Assembly (NCBI GenBank): GCA_035714785.1
Contig: DASTLQ010000004.1
Span: 48,248 to 112,247, forward strand
Origin: Minisyncoccota bacterium
GTDB taxonomy: Bacteria > Patescibacteriota > Minisyncoccia > Phycocordibacterales > UBA9973
Length of the DNA: 64,000 nucleotides
Direction: 5' to 3'
The notes beneath the pieces were generated by a model. The model worked only from the letters and a program-made list of their open reading frames with translations, was not told the DNA's origin and ran no database searches. Both the position numbers and the translations under genes were made by a program. This document shows, one piece after another, positions 36,270-47,179 of the stretch. Numbering within the stretch: the stretch's first letter is position 1; every line of letters starts with the position of its first letter.

Positions 36270-37355
36270 TTATTTCTCGTCGAGATGCATTAGAGTCATC
36301 TTGTGTTCTTTTGGTTCAAAGAGAGTAATCTGGAAGTTGTAGTTTTTTCCAAGTTCCAACTTTTCTCTTAGTTTTGATTCAAGACCAAATGTAGAATTGT
36401 GTACCAATCCAGCCACTCCTTCTTTGATTGAAACGAGGGCACCGTGTTTGTTGTATTTGATCACAACTCCTTTGATGATGTCTCCCTTTTTGATTTTTCC
36501 TTCAAACTCTTTCCAAGGGTTTTCCTTGAGGGCTTTGATAGATAGTGAGATCTTGCCTTCTTTGATTTCGATGACCTTAGCTTTTATCTTGTCTCCGATT
36601 TTAAACATTGCCCGTGGGTCTTCAACTAGCCCCCAGTCAAGCTCGGAGATGTGTACTAGTCCTTCTAGTCCATTTTCAAGCTTTAAGAATACTCCGAAAT
36701 CTACGATACCAGCTACGGTGCATTCTAGCTCATCACCCACAGCATACTTTGATAGGATCTCTTTCTTTTCTTCTGGATTGTTGTCTTTTTCAGAAAAGAT
36801 TAGCTTGCCTTCTTTTGGAAGAGTAGAGATGATCATCACCGTGATGCTCTCGCCTACAAGCTTCTTTAATTCTTTCAAAATTTTATCTTTATCAGAATCT
36901 AATACTCTAGGATAGTGTTCTGTCTTTAGTTGAGAAGCAGGCAAGAAACCTTGAATGCCCTGCCATTCCAAAATCAATCCTCCCTTGTTTGCGTCCTTTA
37001 CCTCGAGGCTGAATACTGCTTTTGCCTTGATAGCTTTTTCTGCTTCGCTCCATAGGAGGGCTTGTTTAGCTTCCTTGAGGGATAGCTCGATGTAGCCGTT
37101 TTCGTTTTCAGCTTCAACTACTTTTGCCTTGATAGAATCTCCGACGTTAATTTTTCGGATGATATCTTTGGCGTTGATAAATTCTCGTCCGTAAATGACT
37201 CCAGTTCCAAAAGGGGAAAGATCCACGTATACCGAGGATTTCTTTATTAAGATTACTGGCCCTTCTACCAAAGAATCAATTTTTGGCTTTTCTAAACTGC
37301 GATCTACGATTGACTTTAAAACTAAATTTTCTGTTACTGTCTCTTCTTTTATCAT
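36270..37355 (-). CDS. rpsA: 30S ribosomal protein S1 (short, ~4 S1 domains)
   Basis: ANKGGL..GFLPASQL, DFGVF..EGLVHISELDW, ISLSIKAL. Confidence 0.9.
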   Translation of the reverse strand: MIKEETVTENLVLKSIVDRSLEKPKIDSLVEGPVILIKKSSVYVDLSPFGTGVIYGREFINAKDIIRKINVGDSIKAKVVEAENENGYIELSLKEAKQALLWSEAEKAIKAKAVFSLEVKDANKGGLILEWQGIQGFLPASQLKTEHYPRVLDSDKDKILKELKKLVGESITVMIISTLPKEGKLIFSEKDNNPEEKKEILSKYAVGDELECTVAGIVDFGVFLKLENGLEGLVHISELDWGLVEDPRAMFKIGDKIKAKVIEIKEGKISLSIKALKENPWKEFEGKIKKGDIIKGVVIKYNKHGALVSIKEGVAGLVHNSTFGLESKLREKLELGKNYNFQITLFEPKEHKMTLMHLDEK

Positions 37356-37579
37356 AAATTAAAATTCCCGCCTAAAAGCGGGATTGAGGTCTAGGTTCTT
37401 TTTATTTCATAGCTTTTTAAAGGCTATGATAGTCAAAAAGGGTTACCCTAAATCCGTGCTTTAATAAATATTAAACTTTCTCCATCCTACTACAATTCCC
37501 CAATTTTGCAAGTTTTTAACACCCAGAATTCACCAATTTTGATTTGTACCCATTGCCTTTTCTTGCTATAATATAGGCA

Positions 37580-38209
37580 ATGATAATCACATATTTCGGC
37601 AAACAGTTTTGGAAGATAACCCAAGGCGAGATGGTGCTCGCCTTTAATCCTGTGAGCAAGGAGTCAAAATTAAAGTCCTCCACTCGCTTTGGAGCAGACG
37701 TCGCCCTAGTCTCTGTAAATCATCCAGACTACAATGGAGTGGAACAGCTTTCGTATGGAGAGAGGATGCCTTTCGTAGTAGACGGTCCGGGAAATTATGA
37801 AGTAAAAGACATATTTATCCATGGCGCGATTTCGAATGCGAATTTGGATGAAAAAAAATACGTCAACACCGTTTATTCTTTTGTTCTCGATAGCATAAAG
37901 ATAGTTTTTTTGGGACCACTTGGAGAAGAAGAGCTATCCAAAGAGGCAAGAGAGCTTGCCGAATCCCCAGACATTCTTTTTGTGCCTGTGGGTAATAAAG
38001 ACACTCTCAATCCAAAAAATGCCGCCAAGCTAGCAGCTTCACTTGAACCAAAGCTAGTGATTCCTATGGACTATGATGATGCGACTCTGAAAACATTCCT
38101 AAAAGAAATGGGAGATGAGAAAGCAGATACTCTCGACAAACTTACTATTAAAAGAAAAGATCTTGAGGGAAGTGAAGGAAAAGTAATCGTTTTGAAAAGC
38201 AGTCAATAG
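37580..38209 (+). CDS. MBL-fold protein (Lactamase_B_3-like) with a degenerate metal motif
   Basis: MIITYFG, VSVNHPDYN, DGPGNYEV, PDILFVPVG, LEPKLVIPMDY. Confidence 0.75.
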   Translation: MIITYFGKQFWKITQGEMVLAFNPVSKESKLKSSTRFGADVALVSVNHPDYNGVEQLSYGERMPFVVDGPGNYEVKDIFIHGAISNANLDEKKYVNTVYSFVLDSIKIVFLGPLGEEELSKEARELAESPDILFVPVGNKDTLNPKNAAKLAASLEPKLVIPMDYDDATLKTFLKEMGDEKADTLDKLTIKRKDLEGSEGKVIVLKSSQ

Positions 38210-38212
38210 AGT

Positions 38213-38422
38213 ATGAAAAAGATTATTCATCATTTAAGAAAACAACCCGAAGATGTCCGAAGACATGTTTTACATATTGTAACTTTTGTGGCCGGCATTA
38301 TTCTCATCTTGTTATGGGTCTTTAGTCTAGGAAGAGATTTTTCAAGTGATGATACCCAGAGAGAGATCAAGCAAGATTTGCAACCGTTCAACTTATTGAA
38401 AGACAGCATCATGAAAAAATAA
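38213..38422 (+). CDS. Small single-TM hypothetical protein
   Basis: [10 protein letters not shown] followed by a TM; coupled to gyrA. Confidence 0.6.
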   Translation: MKKIIHHLRKQPEDVRRHVLHIVTFVAGIILILLWVFSLGRDFSSDDTQREIKQDLQPFNLLKDSIMKK

Positions 38423-38424
38423 TT

Positions 38425-40893
38425 ATGGCAAAGATTAAAGCACCAATAGAAGAAATACCGAGAGTAAACGTAGTGCCCGTGGATGTAGTGGCAGAAATGA
38501 AAGAATCATACTTGGCCTATGCCATGTCTGTGATCACTTCGCGTGCCCTTCCTGATGTCCGAGATGGATTAAAGCCAGTGCATCGTCGTATTCTCTATGC
38601 CATGCATGAAATGGGACTTACTGTTTCGGGTCGTTTCAGAAAGTCAGCTGCAGTAGTCGGAGACGTGCTCGGAAAATATCATCCACATGGAGACGTGGCA
38701 GTTTATGACTCTATGGTGGGAATGGCTCAGGACTTTTCGTACAGATACCCTCTAATCATGGGGCAAGGAAACTTCGGTTCTATTGATGGAGACAACGCTG
38801 CTGCTATGCGTTATACCGAGGCCAAAATGTCTAGAATTTCTTCGGAGCTTCTTCGTGATCTTGAAAAGGAAACTGTAGACCTGCGCGCAAACTACGATCA
38901 GACTTTAAAGGAACCTTCCGTGCTTCCAGCTGCAGTGCCTACATTGCTTTTGAATGGAACTCTAGGTATTGCAGTCGGAATGGCTACAAATATACCTCCG
39001 CACAATTTGTTTGAAGTGGTGGAAGCTACTCGACACTTGATTGAGAATGAGGATGCTACTACCGAAGACTTGATGCAATTTGTAAAAGGTCCCGATTTTC
39101 CAACGGGCGGTATTGCTTATGGGCAAAAAGATATGCTCCATGCATATTCAGGTGGCCGAGGAGGAGTGGTTTGTCGAGGAGAGGCTGAGATTGTAGAAAA
39201 CAAAGGAGGAAATTTCCAAATCATCATCACTTCTATTCCTTATCGTGTAAACAAAGCAAACCTCATCATGGCTATCGCCGAACTAGTGCAGGAGAAAAAG
39301 CTGGATGGCATCAAGGGTCTGCGTGACGAATCCACTCGCGATATTCGCATCGTGATCGACTTGAAATCAACCGCTCATCCGGAAAAAGTATTAAATTATA
39401 TTTATAAAAATACCCAGCTTGAATCCAATTTTAATTTCAATATGGTGGCCTTGGTAGAAGGAGTTCCTCAGACTCTTTCTCTAAAATCTATTCTTTCCCA
39501 GTTTATTCTTCACCGTAAAGAAGTGGTCCGCAGGAGGACAGAATACGATTTACGGAAAGCCGAAGAGCGTGAGCATATTTTGCTTGGTTTGAAAAAAGCG
39601 CTTGATAAAATCGATCGAGTGATCACCATCATTCGTGGCTCTAAAAATTCAGCTGCCGCAAAAATAAATTTGATAAAGGAATTTAAATTCTCTGATCTTC
39701 AGGCTACCGCTATTTTGGAAATGCGACTTTCCAAGCTCGCAGGCCTTGAAAGAAAGGCAGTACTCGATGAACTTGAAGAAAAGCAAAAATTCATAAAAGA
39801 AATGAAAGAAATTTTGGCTAGTGCAAAGCGAATGCTAAAGATTATTTCCACAGAGCTTGGCGAGATTGCAGAAAAATACAAAGATGAACGCCGAACCAGA
39901 ATCATGAAAGGGGGAGTGAAAGAAATCTCCGACGAAGACTTGATTCCAGAAAAAGAAACTGTGCTAGTGCTTACCGCTGGCGGGTACGTAAAGCGCACTG
40001 ATCCATCAGAGTATCGCTCACAGAAGCGAGGAGGAGTAGGAGTAGTAGATCTAGAGACAAAGGAAGAAGATTTTGTCACCATGCTTGTCTTCGGCTCAAC
40101 TCATAGCGATCTATTATTCTTTACCAATCTTGGAAAAGCATATCAGATGAAGATGTATGATATACCAGAGGGCCGACGAGCTACTCGCGGAAAGTCCATC
40201 ATGAATTTCCTAGCGCTTGGTGGTGAAGAAAAAGTGACTTCAATTTTAGCTTTGCCAAAAAATCTAGATAAATCAGGTCTTTCTCTCATGCTGGTCACCA
40301 AGGCCGGCACAGCAAAGAAGATGTCCGCAGGAAGCTTCAAAGACGTACGTCGAAGCGGAATCATTGCTATTCGCCTAGAAAAAAATGACAGCTTGATCGG
40401 AGCATTTTTGACAGACAAGGGAGATGAAGTGATGGTAGCCACAGGCGAGGGACAGTCTATCCGATTCAAGGAATCTGATATACGCGAGATGGGACGTTCT
40501 GCGGGTGGAGTGAGAGGAATCAAGCTTGGAAAGAGTGATGAAGTAATCGGAGTAGATGTAATTAAAAAAGATAGTACCCCATCCGCCGGCGGAGGATATT
40601 TCCTCACCATGAGTGCAAATGGTTTTGGAAAGAAAACTTCCTTGAAAGAATACAAGGTACAGAAAAGAGGGGGAAGCGGTATCAAGACTGCCAAAGTCAC
40701 CACCAAGACAGGAAAGCTGATCGTAGGGAAAGTGCTTACTGGAACTGAAGAGGAAATCATCGCGATGTCCAAAAAGGGACAGGTGATTCGTACCGCCTTG
40801 AAAGATATCTCGGCTCTCGGCAGACAGACTCAAGGAGTGACTGTGATGAGATTGCGTTCGGGTGATAGTATTGCGTCAGTGGTGTGTTCCTAG
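38425..40893 (+). CDS. gyrA: DNA gyrase subunit A
   Basis: [30 protein letters not shown], GyrA box QKRGGVG. Confidence 0.98.
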   Translation: MAKIKAPIEEIPRVNVVPVDVVAEMKESYLAYAMSVITSRALPDVRDGLKPVHRRILYAMHEMGLTVSGRFRKSAAVVGDVLGKYHPHGDVAVYDSMVGMAQDFSYRYPLIMGQGNFGSIDGDNAAAMRYTEAKMSRISSELLRDLEKETVDLRANYDQTLKEPSVLPAAVPTLLLNGTLGIAVGMATNIPPHNLFEVVEATRHLIENEDATTEDLMQFVKGPDFPTGGIAYGQKDMLHAYSGGRGGVVCRGEAEIVENKGGNFQIIITSIPYRVNKANLIMAIAELVQEKKLDGIKGLRDESTRDIRIVIDLKSTAHPEKVLNYIYKNTQLESNFNFNMVALVEGVPQTLSLKSILSQFILHRKEVVRRRTEYDLRKAEEREHILLGLKKALDKIDRVITIIRGSKNSAAAKINLIKEFKFSDLQATAILEMRLSKLAGLERKAVLDELEEKQKFIKEMKEILASAKRMLKIISTELGEIAEKYKDERRTRIMKGGVKEISDEDLIPEKETVLVLTAGGYVKRTDPSEYRSQKRGGVGVVDLETKEEDFVTMLVFGSTHSDLLFFTNLGKAYQMKMYDIPEGRRATRGKSIMNFLALGGEEKVTSILALPKNLDKSGLSLMLVTKAGTAKKMSAGSFKDVRRSGIIAIRLEKNDSLIGAFLTDKGDEVMVATGEGQSIRFKESDIREMGRSAGGVRGIKLGKSDEVIGVDVIKKDSTPSAGGGYFLTMSANGFGKKTSLKEYKVQKRGGSGIKTAKVTTKTGKLIVGKVLTGTEEEIIAMSKKGQVIRTALKDISALGRQTQGVTVMRLRSGDSIASVVCS

Positions 40894-40918
40894 AGGTAGG
40901 GCTATAAAGCTTTGCAAA

Positions 40919-41440
40919 ATGTTTACAAATCCAGAAAAAAATTTAAGAGAATTTAATCTCCAAGAACACATGATCGTGGCGGACCTTGGCGCAGGCACAG
41001 GGCACTATGCTATTCCAGCTGGTAGAATTGTTTCTCGAGGAAAAGTTTATGCAGTAGAAATACAAAAAGATTTCTTAGAAACTATTCGTAATCGCGTAAA
41101 AGAATCTCACTTGGGAAATGTCGAGTGTTTATGGGGCAATATTGAAAAAATTGGAGGCACCAAGCTTGGCGACGATACCATCGATCGAGTGATAGCTTCA
41201 AACGTATTTTTCCAAGTAGATGATAAGAATGATTTTATAAAAGAAGTAAAGAGAATTTTAAAGCCCGGTGGCAAGGTTCTTTTGATAGATCACTGCCCCG
41301 AGCGATCACATCTGGGGCTTAAGAGTGCGGTCTCAAAAGAAAAGGCGAAAGAAATGTTTATCGGTAAAGGATTTGAATTTGAGAAATTTATTGACGCAGG
41401 AAGCCATCATTATGGTATAATTTTAATTAACAAAAAGTGA
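40919..41440 (+). CDS. Class I SAM-dependent methyltransferase
   Basis: VADLGAGTGH, VYAVEIQ, RILKPGGKVLLID. Confidence 0.88.
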   Translation: MFTNPEKNLREFNLQEHMIVADLGAGTGHYAIPAGRIVSRGKVYAVEIQKDFLETIRNRVKESHLGNVECLWGNIEKIGGTKLGDDTIDRVIASNVFFQVDDKNDFIKEVKRILKPGGKVLLIDHCPERSHLGLKSAVSKEKAKEMFIGKGFEFEKFIDAGSHHYGIILINKK

Positions 41441-42729
41441 AAAATTTTCAGATAATCATTCTCATCGTATTCATCATTGGCGCTATCGTAGGTATTTTAG
41501 TATTCTCGGGAACTATTCCACTCGGAGATAAAGATAATGAAGAAGGTTCAGGTGGAACAGTGGTACTTTGGGGTACTATGAAATCCGCTGATATTGCCTT
41601 TGCAGTCGAAGACTTTAATAGAACCAACAATGTATACAATCTCCAATATGTAGAAAAGCGTGCAGAAACTTTTGATCAAGACCTACTCGAAGCACTAGCA
41701 TCCGGAGTTGGACCTGACCTTTTTATAATTTCAAATGATTTGGTATATAAATACAGCAACAAAATTCTGACCATTCCCTACAAGAGCTATCCAATTGCCG
41801 TTTTCAAACAAAATTTCGTAGGGGCTGGGGAAGTATTTTTAAACTCCCTAGGTGCCATGGCTTTTCCACTAGCAGTAGATCCTATGGTGATGTACTACAG
41901 CCGTTCTATGCTTGATTCAAATAATATCGTGTATCCTCCAGAAACTTGGGATCAGCTCGGAGCTTTAGCTCCCGTGCTTGGAAGAAAAGATGAATCAAGG
42001 AAGATCCTAAAAAGCGCAGTGGCGCTGGGGCAGTTTTCAAATGTCAGACACGCAAAGGATATCATGGCGATGCTCTTTATGCAGGCAGGAAATCCGATTG
42101 TCGCAGAGAGGAGTGGTTCCTTCATTTCAGTACTTGATCAATCCACAGCTACCTACAACCCGGAAGCTATTTTAGAAGCTTATACAGCCTTTGCTAATCC
42201 AATGAAGGAAGTTTACTCTTGGAATAAATCTCTGCAAAATTCTCAAGATGCTTTCAGTGCCGAAAATCTCGTATTTTATTTTGGATATGCGACGGAGCTT
42301 CGATCTCTCGTAGAAAAAAATCCCAATCAAAATTTTATGGTGGCTCCTATGCCTCAGATTCCTGGTTCTCAAGCTAAGCTTACTTTCGGTAGGGTGACAG
42401 GGGTAGCAGTATCGAGTGCTTCAAAAAATTTAAACAGCGCATTTTTAGTGGCAAGCCTTTTGTCCACCAGTAATTTCGGAGGAGAATTTGCTAAAGCTAT
42501 GGGAGCAGCTCCTGCGCGTAGAGAATTGCTCACTGCCACTCCCGAGGATTCCTATCAGCCAGTATTTTATTCCTCTGCTTTGATTGCTCGAAGTTGGCTG
42601 GATCCTTCACCAATCGATTCAAATGAAATCTTTCAAGGAATGGTGGAAAAGGTACTATCAAATAACCTAAATCCGTCCCAAGCTATTCGTGAGGGTTCTT
42701 CAAAATTAAATTTATTACTTATTCGATAA
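41437..42729 (+). CDS. Extracellular solute-binding protein (family 1), orphan
   Basis: N-terminal TM, VVLWG, LLEALASGVGPDLF, PETWDQL, VAPMPQ. Confidence 0.8.
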   Translation: MKNFQIIILIVFIIGAIVGILVFSGTIPLGDKDNEEGSGGTVVLWGTMKSADIAFAVEDFNRTNNVYNLQYVEKRAETFDQDLLEALASGVGPDLFIISNDLVYKYSNKILTIPYKSYPIAVFKQNFVGAGEVFLNSLGAMAFPLAVDPMVMYYSRSMLDSNNIVYPPETWDQLGALAPVLGRKDESRKILKSAVALGQFSNVRHAKDIMAMLFMQAGNPIVAERSGSFISVLDQSTATYNPEAILEAYTAFANPMKEVYSWNKSLQNSQDAFSAENLVFYFGYATELRSLVEKNPNQNFMVAPMPQIPGSQAKLTFGRVTGVAVSSASKNLNSAFLVASLLSTSNFGGEFAKAMGAAPARRELLTATPEDSYQPVFYSSALIARSWLDPSPIDSNEIFQGMVEKVLSNNLNPSQAIREGSSKLNLLLIR

Positions 42730-42730
42730 T

Positions 42731-43120
42731 ATGTATAAAAAAATAATTTTTCTCGCAGTTGTTCTTCTTCTGGTCATCGCTCCGGTAGATATTTTCCCTG
42801 CAGTAGCAGAAGGATTGGTAAAGTGTGGCACAGATAAGCCATGCGGATTTGAAGATCTTTTGATTTTAATAAATACGGTAGTGAACTTCGTGATGATTCA
42901 GTTAATGATTCCTTTGGCTGCGCTTTTGTTTGCTTATGCGGGAGGAATGCTGATGTTCTCAGGAGGAGAAGTATCAAAGAGACAACAAGCCAAGAAAATA
43001 TTTACCAATGTCGCCCTAGGTCTCATCATAGCGGCCGCATCATGGCTCATCGTCAATACAGTCCTTACCATTATGGGGTATAACGGTGCTTGGATAGGAT
43101 TTAAAGATGTTGTACAATAA
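42731..43120 (+). CDS. VirB2/TrbC-like pilin
   Basis: Signal, GLVKCG..PCGFEDL, two TM helices around QAKKIF. Confidence 0.75.
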   Translation: MYKKIIFLAVVLLLVIAPVDIFPAVAEGLVKCGTDKPCGFEDLLILINTVVNFVMIQLMIPLAALLFAYAGGMLMFSGGEVSKRQQAKKIFTNVALGLIIAAASWLIVNTVLTIMGYNGAWIGFKDVVQ

Positions 43121-43124
43121 ATTT

Positions 43125-43502
43125 ATGAAAATTATAAAAAATCCACTTGTTATCATCACTATCATAATGCTGGTGTCCTTTTTTCCTTTGGTTACATTTG
43201 GTCAGGCTACTGGTAGCGCACCACCTGCACCCCCCGTGGAAAACCCAATTAAAAATCCCATCGGTGTCAGCTCGTTTACTGGACTCCTAAAACAAATCCT
43301 GGAAGGGGCGATCAAAATTGGTATGCCAGTCATAGCGCTTGCGATTATTTATTCAGGTTTTCTTTTTGTTGCAGCTCAAGGTAATCCAGAAAAACTCGAT
43401 ACGGCCAAGAAATCTTTCGTATATACTTTGATCGGAGCAGCTATACTACTCGGAGCTTGGGCACTGGCTCAAGTGATCACAACGACCGTGCTTTCTTTAT
43501 AA
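43125..43502 (+). CDS. VirB2/TrbC-like pilin
   Basis: IKNPIG, IIYSGFLFVAAQGNPEKLDTAKK..LIGAAILLGAW. Confidence 0.8.
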   Translation: MKIIKNPLVIITIIMLVSFFPLVTFGQATGSAPPAPPVENPIKNPIGVSSFTGLLKQILEGAIKIGMPVIALAIIYSGFLFVAAQGNPEKLDTAKKSFVYTLIGAAILLGAWALAQVITTTVLSL

Positions 43503-43520
43503 ACTAATATAATTATTTAA

Positions 43521-44435
43521 ATGGAAATCAAAGATATAATAATCAAGCTCGGAAATTTACTGGATACATTGTTACCCGTATTAGTTTTAGCTGGTGTGGT
43601 GATTTTCGTTTGGGGAGTGATTCAATACGTGATAGGAGGGGACGAAGAAGCCAAATCAAAAGGAAAGAATCGCATCATCTGGGGTATCGTCGGGTTTGCG
43701 ATCATTGCAGGATTATATGGTTTAATCAATATAGTATTAAATACTTTTGGGTTGGATCCATCGAGCGGAAATTTGGTTTCGCCTACGGGCCTAGTTCCTG
43801 CTACACCTACGCCAGGTACTTGTGAGGGTACTGGTAACATCGGTTCACTCATCTGTAAAATTGGAACAATTCTCAATTCTATCATTCCTCTCCTCATCAG
43901 CTTCGGGGTAGTAATCTTTGTATGGGGAGTAGTGCAGTACGTGATAGGAGGGGACGAAGAAGCCAAATCAAAAGGAAAAGACAGAATGATTTGGGGAATC
44001 ATCGGACTAGTGGTGATCGCCTCAATGTGGGGATTGGTCAATATGGTAGTGAAAACTTTTGACTTAAATCCGACGGGGTCTAGTGGAGTGGCTAATCAAT
44101 TTTTACAAAATACTAGCCAACTCGGTAATACTCCCGGTACTTGTTCTATCGCTGCAACGGGAGCAAGTCTCGGGGACCTTATGAATTATGCGACCTGTCT
44201 GATTACTAAGTCGGTAATTCCTCTAATCTTTTCATTGGCAGTTCTCTTGTTCGTCTGGGGAGTAGTACAGTATGTGATATCTGGAGCAAATGAAGAACAA
44301 AAAGACAAAGGGAAGAATTTCATGATATGGGGAATCATTGCGCTTACTGTGATGGTGTCTGTCTGGGGGATTGTGCGCATTGTAGGTGATACTTTTGGGA
44401 TAGAATATGCGATTCCGCAGGTGAAGAGCAGGTAG
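43521..44435 (+). CDS. Triple-unit VirB2-like pilin (three tandem pilin domains)
   Basis: Three copies of FVWGV(I/V)QYVI..E.K.KGK...IWGI. Confidence 0.8.
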   Translation: MEIKDIIIKLGNLLDTLLPVLVLAGVVIFVWGVIQYVIGGDEEAKSKGKNRIIWGIVGFAIIAGLYGLINIVLNTFGLDPSSGNLVSPTGLVPATPTPGTCEGTGNIGSLICKIGTILNSIIPLLISFGVVIFVWGVVQYVIGGDEEAKSKGKDRMIWGIIGLVVIASMWGLVNMVVKTFDLNPTGSSGVANQFLQNTSQLGNTPGTCSIAATGASLGDLMNYATCLITKSVIPLIFSLAVLLFVWGVVQYVISGANEEQKDKGKNFMIWGIIALTVMVSVWGIVRIVGDTFGIEYAIPQVKSR

Positions 44436-44567
44436 GCGGTATCCACAGTTTCCTCTTTTGTCTTTATTTTGTATGGTATAATTAAAAAAGAACCTAAACA
44501 TTAGGAAAAAATTATAAGGTCGTTTCCGCGAGAGCGGTGTTATCAATAATCCCGTTAGGGAAAAAAA

Positions 44568-44954
44568 ATGAAAAATAAATTAATCGTATTTATGGTTTCC
44601 GCAGCCTCATTGGCTTCTATGCCTTTGTTTGCTTTGGCGCAGGGTAGAGGAGGTGCTTGTAGTGTAGTAAACACACAAAATACCATTCAGGGTATCATTT
44701 GTAAGGCAGGAGAAATATTGGGAGTAGTGCTTCCATTCTTGGTTGCATTGGCAGTTGTTATCTTTGTGTGGGGAGTAGTGATGTATGTTGTTTCAAGTGA
44801 CGAGGAAGCAAAGAGCGCTGGAAGAAACAGAATGATCTGGGGAATTGTCGGTCTTGCAGTGATCGTATCATTGTGGGGATTGGTAAGAATCTTGACCAAT
44901 ACTTTTGACCTTAACACAAATCAGGGTGTTACTTTGCCAGTACTTCCTTACTAA
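44568..44954 (+). CDS. VirB2/TrbC-like pilin
   Basis: Signal peptide PLFALAQ; FVWGVVMYV..EEAKSAGRNRMIWGIVGL. Confidence 0.8.
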   Translation: MKNKLIVFMVSAASLASMPLFALAQGRGGACSVVNTQNTIQGIICKAGEILGVVLPFLVALAVVIFVWGVVMYVVSSDEEAKSAGRNRMIWGIVGLAVIVSLWGLVRILTNTFDLNTNQGVTLPVLPY

Positions 44955-44957
44955 TAA

Positions 44958-45296
44958 ATGATGACCTGGCTCTTCGGAAATATAGCCTACGCGAGCGTGG
45001 ATGCCTTTATGGCAAACGTGGGACGGCTCATCATCAATCCACTCATTACTCTTCTTTTTGCCTTGGCGGCTGCATACTTTCTTTACGGGGTTTTCCAGTT
45101 TATTGCAAATGCCCAAAATGATGAGAAGAGAACTCAAGGCAAAAGTCATATGCTTTGGGGAGTGATCGGAATAGTGATAATGTTGGGAGTATGGACAATA
45201 CTAAATATTGTTTTAAAAACTTTCAATATTGATGGAATAAATCCTGAGCAGGGAACAGTACAATTAAACGAGTACAACCCAAGCTTTCCGAAGTAG
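44958..45296 (+). CDS. VirB2/TrbC-like pilin
   Basis: IINPLI..FLYGVFQFI..EKRTQGKSHMLWGVIGI. Confidence 0.8.
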   Translation: MMTWLFGNIAYASVDAFMANVGRLIINPLITLLFALAAAYFLYGVFQFIANAQNDEKRTQGKSHMLWGVIGIVIMLGVWTILNIVLKTFNIDGINPEQGTVQLNEYNPSFPK

Positions 45297-45349
45297 CATA
45301 GAATTGTGAAATTAAGTAGCACAGAAACGAAAATATAATCAGGAATATA

Positions 45350-45376
45350 AAAAGGCGAGCTATGTGCTCGCCTTTT
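45350..45376. terminator. Bidirectional terminator
   Basis: aaaaggcgagc-tatgt-gctcgcctttt. Confidence 0.75.
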
Positions 45377-45379
45377 GCG

Positions 45380-45928
45380 TTAATGATTTACTACCTCCCA
45401 AATCCTAACTCTTGCTGTGTTGTTAGGATTTCCAGAGACTATTCTTACGGCACCAGCACTCCTTGGCGGGATTGCGATGGTGCCTTTTCCAGAATAGAAG
45501 ATTGTGTCTTTTATTCCTGGAAAGATCATTTTGATTGGATCTCCTTGCGTATCCAATTCAAAATCGTAGTCAAAGATTACGAGGCATGGCGTGTAAGTGT
45601 CATGCCTTAGAATGAGTGCTTTCGTGGTGGGCGGCGGGGGAGAATACGTGTGGACAGTTGTCACAGGCTTCGGAAACCATGATTCTGTCCATGCCGAAAT
45701 TACTTTCAGCATGACAAAAAGAAAAACTATGATTGCGCCGATCATTAATGTGTTAATGATCAGTTTGCTGTTCGAGTTGTTTTTTATTATGGTTGTAGAT
45801 CCGGCAGGAGGTGAGCAAGGAGAAGGGTTTGAAGAATGGATCTTTGCCTTTTGTTTTGCTGCGGCATAAGCTATCAACGAAAAGAAGACCAAGATCACTA
45901 TAACGAGAAGTGCAATAATATAAATCAT
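45380..45928 (-). CDS. Hypothetical 2-TM protein
   Basis: ATGA overlap with the upstream SPFH-like gene. Confidence 0.6.
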   Translation of the reverse strand: MIYIIALLVIVILVFFSLIAYAAAKQKAKIHSSNPSPCSPPAGSTTIIKNNSNSKLIINTLMIGAIIVFLFVMLKVISAWTESWFPKPVTTVHTYSPPPPTTKALILRHDTYTPCLVIFDYDFELDTQGDPIKMIFPGIKDTIFYSGKGTIAIPPRSAGAVRIVSGNPNNTARVRIWEVVNH

Positions 45929-47031
45929 TGTTCACCTCCTGTTCCAGTTCCTGTCGGAATGACGGGCTTAGCGTTATCAGAGTTTTGCACCCAAGTAGTG
46001 AGCTTGGAATCCCTTACAGCCTGTGCTTGCATGATACGGCCCGTAGTGTTTACCACTTCCGTACTTGCGCCCTTGAAATTATCTACAAGCTGTTTTATTT
46101 CTACTCCTTTTGCCTCTGCCAACTTTTTTTGTCGGTCAAAATCAGCTTGCGTTTCGATATCGGTTTTGGCTTTGTATAACTCAGCTTTAATAATACCAGC
46201 CTCCTTTTCTTTTTTTGCGGTTTCCACTTTGGCATTTCCTTCTTCAATAGCAAGAGCAACTGCCTGCATAGCTTTTACTGTTTCATTGTCACCAGCTTGA
46301 TAGTCATTAATGGCTATGCTTATTATCATTACTCCTACTAAATCAATTAATGCCTCATTGAAAGCACCATTTGGATCTTTTAGGTGGCTTAAAACTCCAC
46401 CCACTTCACCTTTATTTTGGGACATGAATTCTCCGAGAGTCATGTCGTTTAGCTTGTCAATTACAGCACTTTCTAGAAGACTACCCATTTGGGTAAAAAA
46501 GTTACCGTTAAATACATATAAAGGAATGTATGCATTAACGACTTGAAATTGCACTATAATTTTAAGGTGAACCGTTAGCCTATCTTTCATTTCTATGTCG
46601 GTAAAGACGTACGGGCGGGGAGCCTCAAAACGTAGATGGTCCACAATTTCTGTCGTGGCAGGTGCCATCCAGTTTGATGGTTCAGTGCCTCTGAGATTTT
46701 CTTTTTGTTTTGTTATCTGGAACTGTCTCACTCTATAAAAAGGATAAAATCCAAAATAATATATTCCATATTTGTCGCGAAGTCTTCTATTTCGGGGGCT
46801 TAGCTGTTGGGTTCTTCCGTTTGATTTTTCAATCAATCGTGTTTTTTGGTCCACTATGTATCCTGGAACTTCCATTATAACGTGATCCAAGATATCTCCC
46901 TTTTCGATATATTTTATTCCATTTGATTTACCAAATGTATAAAAAATATCTAAAAGTGCTAGGGCTCTTATTATATAGGATCTTAAGACCCAAATTATAA
47001 TCAAGAGTAGTGCGATGATGTAAGTTTCCAT
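45925..47031 (-). CDS. SPFH/Band-7-like membrane protein
   Basis: N-terminal TM, IEMKDRLTVHLKIIVQFQVVN, GVMIISIAINDY, Ala/Glu/Lys coiled coil. Confidence 0.6.
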   Translation of the reverse strand: METYIIALLLIIIWVLRSYIIRALALLDIFYTFGKSNGIKYIEKGDILDHVIMEVPGYIVDQKTRLIEKSNGRTQQLSPRNRRLRDKYGIYYFGFYPFYRVRQFQITKQKENLRGTEPSNWMAPATTEIVDHLRFEAPRPYVFTDIEMKDRLTVHLKIIVQFQVVNAYIPLYVFNGNFFTQMGSLLESAVIDKLNDMTLGEFMSQNKGEVGGVLSHLKDPNGAFNEALIDLVGVMIISIAINDYQAGDNETVKAMQAVALAIEEGNAKVETAKKEKEAGIIKAELYKAKTDIETQADFDRQKKLAEAKGVEIKQLVDNFKGASTEVVNTTGRIMQAQAVRDSKLTTWVQNSDNAKPVIPTGTGTGGEQ

Positions 47032-47179
47032 TTTTTTATTCCTTATATTAAATTTTCAATGATGATTATTTACTTTCACACTACAACAAAATACAAAAAA
47101 GTCAAGCCGAGTGGCCTGACTTTTTGTGATTAGATTATGGAATATTTTTCGGTGGTTTTAGCCTTACTCTCTATATTCC

